Source of the DNA: Setoptus koraiensis
Lineage: Eukaryota; Animalia; Arthropoda
Direction: 5' to 3'
DNA: 64,000 nt
Assembly (NCBI GenBank): GCA_048013815.1
Contig: CM106585.1
Location: 7,564,001 to 7,628,000, forward strand
Of the stretch, positions 24,501 to 37,323 are shown piece by piece. The notes under the pieces were generated by a model. It did no database searches and was not told the origin of the DNA. It saw nothing but the letters and a program-made list of their open reading frames with translations. A program made the position numbers and the translations under genes. Numbering within the stretch: the stretch's first letter is position 1; every line of letters starts with the position of its first letter.

Positions 24501-25254
24501 CGTATTTGAACCATTTATATTCTGGTTCCGGATAAGCATCGGCAACACAGCGTAGCTTAACTTGATTAGATTGAGATCTCCCGCTTATATCAAAAATGAC
24601 ATCGTCAGGTTCGTTTACAATTTTGGGACCACGTTCCAGCTTGCTCTTATCGTATACATCTTGGCCATAATCTATATATTTGTCAGTCGAAATAAACAAT
24701 TTATTTTTCGAAGCCTCGCACACAACGCCCGTGACAATGTCCCCCATAAGCACTTGGGTCAGTCCCCATCTACCTGATGGTGCATGATATTTGTAGCAAG
24801 CTTTCAAGGCACCACCGCTGAATTGCGTGACATTGCTTTGGGCCTCTTTTGGTAACCACAAGTCTACTATGTTATTCAGGTTGCTCTGATCGCCAGACCA
24901 TCTCCAGTTGCTCATTGAATCTTTCAGTCCGCTGGTCAGCCATGTCCTCTTGTGTGGATCATTGTTTTGCAACCAATCAATTATGAATTTGTTTTCATTA
25001 TAATTGTTGACACTAACAAGCTGAGCGTTGTAGTTCTTGCAAAGCAAAGCTCTATCTGGTATGAAATTCGAGTTGTCCTTTTGTTGAGGATTCAAGCGCA
25101 TAAATCTGTAACAAGATTTTTCATATTTCACCCATCCGCGTGGACATTCCTGAATAAAAGTTGACTGTGAAGATACAACTTCAAGTATGAACACAATAAG
25201 TACTACTGATAAGATTAATTGCTGTCCTAATGAATTTGTCATGTTTGAATACAT
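21565..25254 (-). CDS. Cont: Contactin (arthropod type: C-type lectin, Ig and FN3 domains), intronless
   Basis: Signal peptide, CTL domain (CPRGWVKYEKSCY), multiple Ig domains (e.g. DRAQYQCQARN, DAGMYQC) and four FN3-like units ending VLAYSAGGDGKMSSP. Confidence 0.92.
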   Translation of the reverse strand: MYSNMTNSLGQQLILSVVLIVFILEVVSSQSTFIQECPRGWVKYEKSCYRFMRLNPQQKDNSNFIPDRALLCKNYNAQLVSVNNYNENKFIIDWLQNNDPHKRTWLTSGLKDSMSNWRWSGDQSNLNNIVDLWLPKEAQSNVTQFSGGALKACYKYHAPSGRWGLTQVLMGDIVTGVVCEASKNKLFISTDKYIDYGQDVYDKSKLERGPKIVNEPDDVIFDISGRSQSNQVKLRCVADAYPEPEYKWFKYEPSSDSSDSRREIDVLSDNRFTLTDGTLIISNPLAEIDRAQYQCQARNRYGIVISKKITLQFGYITEFTKKRSPERGQENWGKALSCDAPSRRPSTLNYYWSRSEFPNFVTEGPRIFISRDGNLYFSSLEKIDRANYSCNVQSVISSTGRTGPSFPLYVDSGSSGQKLQFANDFPKVFPEGPFAGQEVRLECMAYGYPTPSYNWTRTGTTNRLPDQFRILNDGKVLSLPKIKIEDEGEYICTAVLDSYFIQKSVYVSVQATPKFTQPIEDQILYPGETMTLTCEAFGLPAVTYTWYKDGQDTSQIVDSRYIIINSDKISTLSINGISFHDAGMYQCAAINQHGSAFSTAQVKVGEFRLNFNKYALPSSTHAMVGQEITLACAPEGLPQAHKIEWYKNGQPLFNREISYYSRTIEKLKNNFLYIKNLTLEDEGKYECVASQVGVLGDTVRPRTSTWLVVLSKPMDTNRLLVRELARYGDAFKVLPCDVIGNKNQEISHVWYKNGIKINFESDGEKFSKSESGSLVLHNITYVDEANYTCQAKTSVGSVEFSGRLIVEGPPDPCGQVVAEIQTGNRARITWTDGYNHGSRITSHTIEARTNYNSTWTVIANRVFDAPLLKVSQSVRLQYFRRYFVISDLLPNTQYMFRVSSANEHGIGEPSAPSPQYKTEASEPRYAVTNLNGGGGKAGTLVIRWDPLPRALWGDDEIWYMVHYKRNESQDYERQELKAAGNRSAYTISVGTDNSYKLYNVAVFPVNRIGVGPPNRANIYSAQMMPNIQPSSVYAVAFNSTSLNVTWSPIVEDVPENNDKVVGYRIKYWPSKRNPQTDSLTTLKRGLKTWGLIVGLMPDTEYQLVVMAYNDAGSGPQSESFRIKTYKSAPLRPPTSVEVSPSVSDSVIVRWRGVSTVSTDEEPILGYKVRYWRTNENISKAKVIDIKLGGKELTATIDDLIRGEEYKLRVLAYSAGGDGKMSSPEKTIKV

Positions 25255-26037
25255 AAACAGTGATTTGGCAGTGATAGACAGATGATAGATTATGAAAAAT
25301 AGGTGTCCGATCTAGAAGTCATTAGATATTAAGTTGATATTTGGTGTTTTCTATAACCTAGAACCAATCATGCGTCCAAAACAATGCTTCTTCTTGTTGC
25401 TGAAATCTTTATTTTAATGTTGCGACTGACCACGAACGCCCTTCCATTAGGCAACTTTTATAAACAACAATGTGTCAGACAATTAAAATCATGTAATCAT
25501 TTCCATCTCACTGCGGCCAACGCCCAGGCTTTGATGCTCACAAGAATGATTGCGGGCATTTCTACCAATGGGCGTGTTTATAAGTATTATTGAATAGATC
25601 TTATAGATTTTATAGATTAATAGATCTTGGAACCACTATCGGGCTATGATTGATAGATTCCCTTTTTAGAACCAACTAACAATTTCAGTTCTCAAAAGAT
25701 TGCCCTAAATTCAATCTGATCTACACGTTGTAAACTGGGACAAAAAGATTGACTTGGAATATTTCATTCCGACCACTATTTATGATTAGAAAAAATGTGA
25801 GAAAACAATGATTTTCTGCAAGCTTCATGATGGCGCTTCATTGATGTTGATTTTGTTACATGCGTGTCACATGTTTTTGAGCGTTTCAAGATTCTCAAAT
25901 ATGTCTGGCATTTTGCACCATTTTCCACATCAGGTTTGGATGTTTACACTGTAATAAAACAGAAACATCATTATTTAACCGAAAATATCTCTTTCCGGCA
26001 TATTTGTCCTTCTACTACTATCCATCACTCGCGGAGG

Positions 26038-26382
26038 ATGTCTTTAATTGTTCAATACATACTCATCAGAACCGACCTCAAATGGGGTACAGGTGCTTTG
26101 ATTGCCCAAGGGTGCCACGCATCTGTTGCAGCCATCTCCAAATCTCTGAACTCACACAATACTAAAAAATATCTGGAGGACTTGGAAAACATGCGCAAAG
26201 TGGTCCTCAAAGTTGAAAGTGCTGAGGATCTAAACGAACTGAGCAACAAATTGAAAGAGGCAAATTTAGAACATCATCTTTGGATTGAAAATCCTGAAAA
26301 AGTTCCGACATGTATAGCCTTGGCCCCGATGCCTAAACAAGAAGTGCAAGACTACTTCAAGAACCTCAAATTGTTTAGATGA
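26038..26382 (+). CDS. PTRHD1: Putative peptidyl-tRNA hydrolase PTRHD1 (PTH2 fold)
   Basis: VQYILIRTDL, GALIAQGCHA, KVVL, LWIENPEKVPTCIAL and KLFR. ATG at 26038, 114 aa. Confidence 0.9.
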   Translation: MSLIVQYILIRTDLKWGTGALIAQGCHASVAAISKSLNSHNTKKYLEDLENMRKVVLKVESAEDLNELSNKLKEANLEHHLWIENPEKVPTCIALAPMPKQEVQDYFKNLKLFR

Positions 26383-26535
26383 TGTTTGGGTGTTTACTTT
26401 AGAAATCAGAGCATTGTATTGTGCATCTTTCTGTCATGCGACGCTTTTAGACATTTTTTCACAGATATTTAATAATAATTACAAACAAATTCAAAGACTA
26501 TATACTCAGATTTCATAAATAGACTATATACAAGC

Positions 26536-27555
26536 CTAAGCTCGCTTTTCAAATTGTTCACGTAACTTAGATCCCATCAATGCAGGCGATCTAGTTACCA
26601 AACCCACATCTCCCTCTAAGGCATCTATTTTGGCTTGAGCACCACCTTTTCCTCCGGCAATAATTGCACCTGCATGACCCATTCTTCTACCGGGAGGAGC
26701 AGTCACTCCAGCAATAAATGACACGACTGGTTTATAGTTTGGACCTCTTGGGTTATTTTGTTTCAAAAATTCGGCTGCCTGCTCTTCTGCTGAACCTCCA
26801 ATTTCGCCGATAAGTATGATGCCCTCGGTTTCAGGGTCTTTTAAAAATACTGATAAGCAATCGATGAAATCTGTACCATTGAACGGGTCTCCACCGATGC
26901 CAACACATAAAGACTGACCCAGTCCCTCTTGAGTTGTTTGCTGCACCGCTTCATAGGTCAGTGTTCCTGATCTTGAAACGATTCCTACCTTTCCTGGTGT
27001 GTGGATGTGGCCAGGCATAATACCTATTTTACATTGGCCGGGCTTGATTATTCCGGGGCAGTTAGGGCCTATCAGTCTGGTCTTGGATTGTTTGACTAGT
27101 TTATTCTTGACTCTGACCATATCCAGCTGTGGTATTCCTTCGGTTATACACACAACGAGTCCAATGCCGGCGTCGATGGCTTCAATTACAGCAGCAGCAG
27201 CATATGGAGCTGGTACATAGATTACAGTGGCGTCAGCTCCTGTCTTGTCCATTGCTTCTTGAACTGAGTTGAAAACGGGTAGATCCAAGTGTTTTGTGCC
27301 TCCTTTACCTGGCGAAACACCTCCGACGAGATTTGTTCCATATTCTATTGCTTGTTTACTGTGGAAGGTGCCCTGTTTTCCAGTGAAACCTTGGCATATG
27401 AGTCGAGTCTCCTTGTTGATAAGAAGAGAATTCCTCGTAGAAGAATAACAATGTCGTATGGCGCCATGCTTCTCGCTGACACCTTGACAATTTAGACGAG
27501 TCGCCTTAACAAAATGAAGAGCGCCTCGCGACAAACACTTTAACGAGCTCGACAT
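26536..27555 (-). CDS. SUCLG1: Succinyl-CoA ligase alpha subunit, mitochondrial, intronless
   Basis: Transit-peptide-like N-terminus, [41 protein letters not shown] and RMGHAGAII (phospho-His). Confidence 0.97.
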   Translation of the reverse strand: MSSSLKCLSRGALHFVKATRLNCQGVSEKHGAIRHCYSSTRNSLLINKETRLICQGFTGKQGTFHSKQAIEYGTNLVGGVSPGKGGTKHLDLPVFNSVQEAMDKTGADATVIYVPAPYAAAAVIEAIDAGIGLVVCITEGIPQLDMVRVKNKLVKQSKTRLIGPNCPGIIKPGQCKIGIMPGHIHTPGKVGIVSRSGTLTYEAVQQTTQEGLGQSLCVGIGGDPFNGTDFIDCLSVFLKDPETEGIILIGEIGGSAEEQAAEFLKQNNPRGPNYKPVVSFIAGVTAPPGRRMGHAGAIIAGGKGGAQAKIDALEGDVGLVTRSPALMGSKLREQFEKRA

Positions 27556-27970
27556 TATCTAGCAGTAACTAATCAATGTAATAAACTAGAATATTTCTGG
27601 CTTCTTAGATCTAATACTAGGCTTGTCCAAATTGAGAGAATCTTGAAATACTCCTGGGCTTCAATATTTAACAATTATGGTCGACTTGACTTAATATGCC
27701 TCTAGTCTGAAGGATAAAAGTACTGCGCGAAATTCAAACGCATATATTGCCTGGCAATAGTTGCTCAGCAGGACCGGCTAAAATTAACTTGCTGTTGGAG
27801 CTCGACAACTTTTGAGAAGTCCGAAGAAGAAAAAAGAATTTCAAATGTCCCAGCACGACAAATTTATGATCGAAGATAAAACTTGACAACAAGGCTATAT
27901 GATAATAGAAATTGGTTAAAAACGAACAAAAGAGAACTATCTATAAGAGAATAAATGTTTATTGAAAGCT

Positions 27971-30900
27971 TCATTCTGATTTTTGAACTGGAGTTTCTTT
28001 TTTGCGCCAAGATTCCTCTCTCTCCGGATCATTGGGTTTAGGTATGGCACGCCAGTTTGAGGCTTCATCAGCTCTTACTCTGGATTGATCGTCAAAGCCG
28101 CCGCGTCTTGGTGGTGCATCATCGAATCCGCCGCGTCTTGGTGGTGCATCATCGAATCCGCCTCGCCTCGGTGGTGCATCATCGAATCCGCCTCGCCTCG
28201 GTGGTGCATCATCGAATCCACCTCGCCTCGGTGGTGGACCATCGAATCCTCCACGCCTTGGCGGTCCATCGAATCCACCGCGTCTTGGTGGCCCATCAAA
28301 TCCGCCGCGTCTTGGTGGTGGCCCATCGAATCCTCCACGCCTTGGAGGTCCATCGAAATCTGGGCGCCTAGTTGGCGGTCCATCGAAATCTGGGCGCCTA
28401 GTTGGCGGTCCATCGAAATCTCCGCGCCTTGGTGGCGGTCCATCGAATTCCGGACGCCTTGGCGGCGGTCCATCGAAATCTGGGCGCCTTGGTGGCGGTC
28501 CATCGGAATCTCCACGTCTTGGAGCATCGAAGTCTCCACGTCTCGGCGCATCGAAATCTACACGCCGTGTTTGAGGTGGTTTGACTGAGTCAGGCGCAGG
28601 TTCTCCAACTTGATCACGTGGAGGCATGTTTTGACGAACCATCTCGTGGTTGTCGCGCGGCTTGGCTACATATGCAGGGGCTGGCGGTGCTGGGGCTGGA
28701 GGGCCTGAACGCCTCCAGCTGACCTCTGCATCGGGTGTGGGGCCAGGTACCGGGGGGCCTGGACGTCTCCAGTTACTGTCGGCCTCGGGTTGTCGTGCAG
28801 GTGGATGCGCGTCAATGCGTAGCCTGGCGCTCTCTCTTTCTCTGGCCAATCTCTCCGCCTCTTCTCGCGCTTCTATCTCCTTCAATCTGGCTTCCTGCTT
28901 CTCTAACGTTCTACGACGTTCCAACTGGAGTTCTTTCTCTTTTTCGGCTTCAATTTGTTCCTGTCTGTGTTTTTCAGCCAACTCTCGTTCCTTGTGATAC
29001 TGAGCTCTACGTTCCTCACGCCTCTTCAATTTGCGAGCCTCTAATCTTGATCGCTTCTCTTCTTCAAACTTGGCATTAAACTCGATCATTTTCTTTTCAT
29101 AGTTTGTCTGATGTCGCTCATTAACTTTGCTGGAGAAAAGGTCTGCATCATCCTTGAATTTATGAAGTCTCTCACACAAAGTCAGAGCGAGTTCTCTCTC
29201 AGCCTTCAAGTCAGCTATCCTCTGACGTTCGCAAGCTTCCCACTTTTCTTTGTCCAATTCTTGCCATTCTTCGTATTCTTTCTCTAAAAGAGGTATTTCT
29301 TCCTGTCTTTTAGCTCGCTCAAAGTGGTCAATCTTGCGCTCTAGTCTTCTTTGTTTGGCGTGTTGCTCTTTTTGCTCTTTCTTAACTTGCTCGAGTCTTT
29401 TATCCTTGATATCTTCTAGGCGAACCTTGGCTATCTCCTCATCGTTCATACCCTCATATTCTTTAAGACCACTACGCTCAATTTGCTCTTTAGTCAACAA
29501 AGTAGTCCGCTCAGCCTGCTCTTTATTCTTTCGCAAACGCTCACGGTTCTCTCGTTCCAGATGCATTCGCTGAGTTTCCTCTTCAATGAGTTTTCTCTGC
29601 CGTGCCTCTTGCCGTAATCGCTCTTCTTGTTCCATCTTGTGACCTAATAGCTCGAGCTGCTTTTTGCGCTCTTCAATAAGGTGCTGCCTGGCTAATATCT
29701 GATCATGCTCGATATCTTTGCGCCTCGCATAGTTATTCATGATATTGGCACTGATTCGATTACGCTGAGTTTCAATAGCTTGCGGTTCTATCATCGATCT
29801 GGCTTTCAATAAGGTTGAATACATGCTAACCAACTGAAGGCGAACTTGTTCACTAGGCATGCTCTGTAAATGGGGACCTTCAATAACTTCCTCTGCCTGA
29901 GACACACAAAGTTCAGTTCCAAAATGCAAACAACCCTTTCTATGGTCTATGCGAACCTGTAGGTCATTTCTTCTCGCGGCTTCAACCACCATTGTTTCAA
30001 GATAAATACTGTCGGCGAATGGACACAACTCAACTAATCTCTTGTATTCAATCGTCTGGTAGACTTGTGAAACTTCTTTGAGTAGTCGTAATATAGCAAT
30101 ATCTTTCAAAGCCGGAACATAATTCCTAAGGTCAGGACAATCGTCGCATTTTTCCATAAACTCTATCACAGATTGAACACGTCCACATAGAGCCAATGGA
30201 TGGAAATCGACTTCGACGGCCCTATACAATTCTTGTAAAGGTGGATAAGCATGCTGCAGGTAACCCATGCGTTTCAAGTCTTTAATCAAGTGAGCTCTTG
30301 TTGGTATAGTAGTGTTCAGACCAAGCAATGAGGCTAGATTACGTTGATGATTTTCTACTATGTTTTCCTCTGTATCAACTAGCTTATCAATATCAGGCCT
30401 GTTTGGAGGTATAGGAATAGTCAATGTAGCAATAACAAGTCTGGATGCCATACGCTGAACGTCTTCGGATGTGATACTTTTTTTGAGCTCTCTAGTTAGA
30501 TGAAATAATCTAAATAATGCCGCCGCATGAAACAAGTGGCAATTCGCTTTCCAAAACACTAAAGATAGTTTTTGATAATAGTTAGCCATAAGTTGTGGTT
30601 TCGGGGGTTTCTTATTAAGATTCATAAGACCATATCGTTTGATGTCGTCAGTGGCACGATATGCCTCCTGCCACAATTCAATTTGAGTTGCGCTTTCCAA
30701 TTGAATTAGACGTGTTTCTAGATGCATAGCAAGACTTTCGGCATTGTTCAGATTAACCATATGATTCTGACCGTGACTTGATTGTTGCGCGTTCAAATGC
30801 GTCTTCTTCAGATAATCCATGTGTGTGCGCAAATTGTCGCATAGTTTACGAAACTCCGTTTTACGATTATATTTTACACAAAAATGAAAAGCCTGATGAG

Positions 30901-31553
30901 CAATCTCATGGTAGAGGGCCTCAGTGCGGACGTTGTTCTTAAGAAGATCTAAACACTGTCTGTAGGCCTCCCACAAGAACCTGACCCAAGGTATTAGTTT
31001 GACCCTATCCGTTCTATCTTGGCTGTCCTCGCTACTGACAGCACTCAGCAATATATCCTCTGGTGTTTGGACAATGTCAAGATCATCAACTTCATTCATG
31101 GCGTAAGCTGCTGATCTATTTCTAGCCCATTCAGCTTTGTCTTCAGAAAGTTGTATGTAGCGCTTGACGACATCCTCAAATGATTTAATATTCGTCTGTT
31201 GGCAGATGAGTTTATATTGGAAGATTCCCTCTTTAGCAACATAGCTTTTACGAAGATCAACTGATAATTCTAAATATTTGAACATAATTTCCTCATGACA
31301 TTTTTGCCATGATCTGTGACGCTTTGCCCTAATTGCATCGCACAATGTTTCCAAAGCGCTACCTCGTTTGCCGACATCGATGAATTCTAGAGATTTTCAT
31401 TTGATTTGTGTTTGGATAATTAAGAGTGGGAGAAAGATTAGCAAATACATCTAATGATACTATTATTTGTTAATGTTATGCCACTCTGTCGGACAAAAAC
31501 TCACCATTGGCACGCTTTAGAGCGTTCTCTATCTTCAAGAATGTACTGGGCAT
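27971..31553 (-). CDS. eIF3a: Eukaryotic translation initiation factor 3 subunit A, 2 exons
   Basis: Exon 1 is 31553-31505 (MPSTFLKIENALKRAN). A 118-bp GTGAGT...CTAG intron follows. Exon 2 is 31386-27971 (EFIDVGK...KRHRSWQK..., PCI region, coiled coil, C-terminal repeats). Confidence 0.96.
28085..28567 (-). repeat. Coding tandem repeat in eIF3a: 17 units of 8-10 aa (RRxxFDxxPP)
   Basis: 24-30 nt units such as RRPDFDGPPP and RRGGFDDAPP, read from the translation. Confidence 0.95.
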
Positions 31554-34174
31554 ATTGGAATTCCAATGATCCCGCTAAGTAATAATATGATTTGCAAATA
31601 AGTTACTAATAATTGTATAGTGATAATGTTCTATTGATATAATTTGTTATTGATTATTCTTATCCTGACCAGAACACTTTTGTGTTAAAGTGAAACAAGT
31701 GTGTTAAATAATAATAATTTATTCTTCATATGCCATATGATAACCAGATAAATACTTAAAGGCCTGACACACATTGGTCGCCGATACGATTATCTGCACT
31801 GTTCACTATATTGATGTGCGCAAAAGAACGATACACATGCACAACTTACCGGAAGAATACAATCGAGTGCAGCTACCTCTTGAGGGGGAAGGCACTTGGA
31901 AAAAGCGCAACATTCGAAATGAGCCAAAATTTTTTTCCGAGAAAATGTGCCTATCTGTCCAATGTCTGACGAAATTAACCGGCGAAATTCTTGTAGATAT
32001 CACTCCTCAATGTTTTAGGAGGAATAAATTGGCACCTCAAATGAAAAATATTCATTCTAATTCATTCGACATCAAGAGCATTGCTTACAATATACATGTG
32101 TAGCTTTAAACACAAATACAGTTCATCGCGTCCATTACTAGAAGAAAGATGTGTAGTCTATCAAATCATGTGGTGGTCTCCCAGGTCGGGTGTAGTTTCT
32201 TTTGCAAATCTCGACTGTTAGCTTCTAGTAGTTGTCCTTTGAGTTTGGAATCGGTCAGATTCAAATCAATTTTGTCGTAGTGACTCACACAGCCTGTGAG
32301 TCATAGTCAACTTCATGTAGAAATCATCGTTCGCGTGCCTGCCAAATAACATGCTCTGATAAAGTTGATGTACCTGTAAAATATCTCCGGGAAAAATATT
32401 TCCAAGAGAACCTCACAACAAACTAGATATACATCTAGCATTCTTCTAGTTTATGACTTGTCAAGCCTAGAGAGAGAAAAGCAAGTTCAATGGTGATTGG
32501 GTCGAGTATGACATGGCCAGCAACGCTGGAGATATAGTAAGTTTCACAGAGAACAAAAGATTCACAACCTGTAAAAAAGTTGATCTGAGGCTTGAGTGGC
32601 GGTGGTAATTGGCAGAAAGAAAAGGCGCTGAACAAAGCGAGCTAAACTGGGACTTCGAAAATTGAACTTCTAAGTGCATAATTGAACATGATCGATCGCT
32701 ACTTACCGACTCTTATAATGAACAACAACAAGAGTCAAGCTAGACATAGCAAACTAATCAATGAGTTTCATTCCATTCAATTCCAGCTTGCTCACTATGA
32801 ATAATAGGCACTATGAATAATAGGCTACCTTTCTCACATAGCTATTACTAATTATAGCTTTTTTAATCCTATCCAACTAGATTAATAATATTATAGTACT
32901 TTGTGAGCAACCTCTTTCATCGGTTGCTGAAAATAATAATACAAGCACCTATCTTGTAGCCACATATTTGAATTCTGTCACACAATCGAGCTAGGTAGTC
33001 TGCGAATAGCAATAGTGGTTTCATTCTATTTGAAGAGAGGAAGAGAATGCTTTTGGGAGCTCATCGATTGTGTCATGCAATAAAATAGATCTTACACTGA
33101 CAAGACTGATTGTGAGCAAAACTACATACTACCACAAGAATCTAATGTTTACAAGAAGAATAAGAAGGAGAGACTGGACATGTTCGAACCATGATGGTTT
33201 TACTTGTGTGAGTGGCTGTGAGCATCAGCAACAACATTGACGAAAACGTCGAAAGATATCAATCAATATTTACATTGCATCATGAACATAAAGAAAAATT
33301 TAATCATCTCCATGATAACAATAATTTTACTCGGAAGAGTAAACAGATAGATTGGATTGGTAGGCTGGATAAGTTGGTAGTAGTGGTAGTGGTTCGTCGA
33401 TAATAGTTGTTGGTTGTCGCAGGATCACCATCAGCATCATCGGGGTAAGCAATTTGTTGAGCAAGAAGAACGAATTATCAGTTGGGAGAAAAGAAGAATA
33501 GGAAAGAAAAGGAAAAAGTTCATCGAGCTCTTAAACTCGAACTAGAAAATGAATAACTTCAAACGCATGTTCTGTCGTTGTTACTGCAAGTTGATAAGCA
33601 AGTAAACGTTCGGCAAGCTATTGTTGCAATTGCAAAGTTTCCTTCTTCTGAGTTGAATCGATCACGCTCGAATACCTGCAAAACAAACAGAATAGCATAT
33701 TCAATTTTCACTGTCATCATCACAAAAGTTACTATTATTATTATCATCGTTGGTATTAGCATCATTCCTTCATTATATCATTACTTTTCACGCCAACTCA
33801 ATCAACAAAACTACACCGGTGTACAGGATAATGTGAATTCTAGAAACTGCATTCATCAAATTTAGTGTGCACTCTGACAAGATACAAATCATATCCGAAC
33901 TTCTTAGATCAGCTCAAGCCGACCAGTCTCAATTGTTTCGCTAATTCCTTGCTGCAACATTATAAGTATCGGATAGAGCAAGAAAAGACTGTTTCGGTGA
34001 AGCTAGTTTCGTGTATGTATGTGAGCGAGAACTAGTGGGTAGAAAAGAGCAAGTCAATGCGATCATTGACGTTGATTTGATGCTTATTTGTGACCAGCGA
34101 CCACCAAGTCCAGCCCTGAATTTCTAGCCATAAGAAACTGTCCCGACAACAATACTCATTTCTTCCTCAGTGGA

Positions 34175-35255
34175 ATGAATTCAAGTTCTGGTGAGCCATC
34201 TATTATTAGAAAAACTGTTGGGACTGTTGACAATAGTGAATGTTTGGAGACATCATCGCTTGCACCATATAGCAACAGCAATTTAGATCTCATGTCCACC
34301 GAAAAGATATTATGTGAAGTATCATCGTTATCATCGCCATCATCGTCCACATCTTCTTCGTCATCATTAATAGACTACAATAAGAACAACAATAATTACG
34401 ATGACAAAGAAAAAAGAGCCCCATCAATTCAAGCTGTTCGGGCAGAAGGAGGTGAAGCTGAAGGGCACCACCAAGTTCATCAACGTGCAAGCAAATCACC
34501 TACTACTACTAATCAGCATGTCGCATTTTGTAATTACATAGACGACGAACCTGAGGAGAAGAGAAAAAAGTATTTGACAGCCAAATATGGCCAGCATCAG
34601 ATGGCTCTAATAAAGAAGCGACTCCAAGTCGAGATGTGGCTCTACGAAAAACTCCAGGATCTGTGCAATGATCAGGTGAGTTTATACTTTTTCAATGTCA
34701 TCTCATTCATTCGAAAATATGCAGAGCTCGACCATGAGACTGTTGAGAAAGATCATTCGAAGTGGTCGAGTGTATTCTGTCGATAATAATTCGAACACCA
34801 CCACATCCGGATTCAAGTTCATTTGTGTCGACACTGAATTTTTGAAGAACACAACACAAGTACTGACTATTCTATTCTATCTAATACACCACAAACCACA
34901 AATCATTGCATCCTCCTCGTTGCAGGACCCCTATAACGATGACCTCGTTGATGTGGATCTTGATCTATTGCTGGATATAGCGGATGACCAAGGCCGTAGG
35001 CAATGGCTTGAGGTAAGATTGTGTGCCATACTAGATAGACTCCCATTGTATTATTAACACTCCTGGCAATTATTACAATGCTCACAGCATTACCTGTTAT
35101 TCTGTTTCCATACCTGATATCTCGTAAATGGTAAAAACGCAAATCGTAAAACGATACATTTCCAGAATAAGCTAGAACTTCTGTACAAGATTCACTCAAG
35201 CGAAAAGATCGGCGATTTCATCGAAGAGATAATGGATAAAGCCAGGTTATTATAG
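34175..35255 (+). CDS. PP1 inhibitor of the PPP1R14 (CPI-17/KEPI) family, 3 exons
   Basis: KKYLTAKYGQHQMALIKKRLQVEMWLYEKL, VDVDLDLLLDI and IGDFIEEIMDK match the CPI-17 family pattern. Exons 34175-34675, 34926-35012 and 35166-35255 are all joined by phase-0 GT-AG introns. Confidence 0.85.
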
Positions 35256-35659
35256 AGTGAATATAAGTGTGTTTATGTGTATCGTGACGTTTGTAACCCC
35301 ACAATGAATATCTAATGCGAATTAAACAATAGATTAAACTTAATAATAACAATAAGAGAGCATCTAAATCATGGACTTTTATTCGAGAAACCGTTGCAAT
35401 AGTTGTGATCAAACAGAAAGGTTAGAAAGGTTATAGATGGTAACGGTAATGGCAAGTAGTTTACACGACTGATTGTTGTTGGCACCATGTCCATGAATTA
35501 GAGTTTATCTAGCTTGACACAATGAAGAACTTGACAATTGCTAGTTGAAAGCCTCATGCGCAACCTATTATTAAACCCTACATTAAATTATCTTTTGCCC
35601 GAACGACACCAATAGATCTCTCCACCGGATCTACTAAGTCCATACAGAACAATCAACAA

Positions 35660-37323
35660 TTATTGTTTCACTATTGCCTCGCCAATGAAATCCATTACAG
35701 ATGGATCGCTTAGGATGGTCATATGATCAATATCATCAAAATTCTTGTAATAAATTGGGGCCTTTTGTTGATCTTTCCACTTATTGCAAGCTTGCAAACT
35801 AATCAGATTCACTGTGCCGTCACCATCAGAATAGGAAATTTTCGGCCTGCCATTGGGAAATTCATTTTTACCATACTCCAAATGCTCTATCGTGCTTATT
35901 TTGTGTCCATGCAAACAATGAACCTCAACGCCTGGCGCTTTTGTGGGTTGAGTGACATTGTGCACATCTTGCCACATTTTGTAGCCAATATCATAATTAA
36001 TATCGGCAAAGAATTGCTTGTAATCGTTGACAGTGTAACCTTTGCCATCGTTATGCATAAGTATCTTGTCGCTGGGCCAAACTGAACCAGATGGAAGCAA
36101 GTATGCTAAACTGGGAAAGGTTCTAACATCTTTTCTCAATGACAACGATGGTATCATTATAACACCAAAATTGTCACCTGAGGCAAACGCTTTCATTGCT
36201 TTCACCGAGCCGCCCCAAACACCTGACAACGATATTAGAGAGCGAACGTAGCGATCTTTCCATTGTTGTTCTTTGTTTTGCAAGAAATACAACGCATTCA
36301 AGCAACCCATAGAATGGCATATTAGTATAACGGGTTCGTTTGCGTTGTTCTTGTAGGTCTGCTCAATCAGCTCGTTGAATTGCCGGAAGAACTCTTTTAA
36401 TTCATTGGGTGCCTTGCGAAAATCGTATGGAGCGCCCACAACATTTTTGTTTCGTTCGTAGCCCAATGAGACAAGTCGCTCGACTAAAGCCTCAAAATAG
36501 CTTGTTCCGTACAGCTTGACTGGATCCATAAATTCAATAGATTCTGTGGTGCCGAATCCGACCACTCTGATGTCCACCCCTTCTGGGTTGTTTGTTGTTC
36601 TAGTGGTTTCATTGTAAATCAATCGCATACTAGCAATAGGAAGGGAAGAGATATTTGGATAACATGTTAAATACACTTGTAGACTGATGGCGATATTATT
36701 CTTTTGCTCGTTTGTCACACCCAATCCTCAACTTACTTATCGACCCAACAATCTAAGGCAAATGGCACCAAAAGAGACAAGTTCAGCCATAAATCAAACC
36801 AATCGGTCTTCTTGTCGCAATAGTGATGGAGAGCCGCTTTTTTGTTTAGTTTGGCCTCAAGACGACTGCCACCATCGCCAGGAATCAATATGATTGGACT
36901 CAAGTGCGACTTTGTTGTCGATATACCCTTTTCACTGCCAGAGTTCTTGATATTGTCCTCAGTGACTTTGTCGTTCTTCAAAATTGATTTCTCAGTTGTT
37001 GCACTGTGTTCGAGATAACTTTCCTTGATATCATTAGCTGTCAGACTGTTCTCTACAATCATTCTTGCATTGACATCGTCGCTGTTTGGTAAATCAACCA
37101 ATAATCTCGATATGGCCAACTTTGGGTCAGATTCTTGCGTCTCGCTGTAGAGACTCCCGAACCAGCTTCGCCAGCTCAATATCCCGGGTTTATTGTTGCT
37201 GTCGTTCGATGAAGGTCGATCATCATTGTATTTGTTTTGTGTTGTTGTGGATGCCAAACCACTTGCTACTATAATTGCCAAAATGGTCAATGGCAAACTG
37301 ACCATCATATAATGAAATCTCAT
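35660..37323 (-). CDS. PLA2G15: Lysosomal phospholipase A2 (PLA2G15)/LCAT family, 2 exons
   Basis: Signal peptide, PIILIPGDGGSRLEA, DCWVD|NMRL across a 107-bp intron (36736-36630), GAPYDFR, CHSMG nucleophile, DGDGTV and DHMTIL. Confidence 0.92.

Noticed and set aside
28057-28588. Long alternative-frame and antisense ORFs over the eIF3a repeat
   Set aside because: These are by-products of a stop-free repeat unit whose length is a multiple of 3.
32166-32750. Possible small multi-exon minus-strand gene ending GCVSHYDKIDLN...LQKKLHPTWETTT
   Set aside because: Splice-like sites exist, but I could not build a continuous ATG-to-stop frame or recognise a family. The faint J-domain resemblance lacks the HPD motif.
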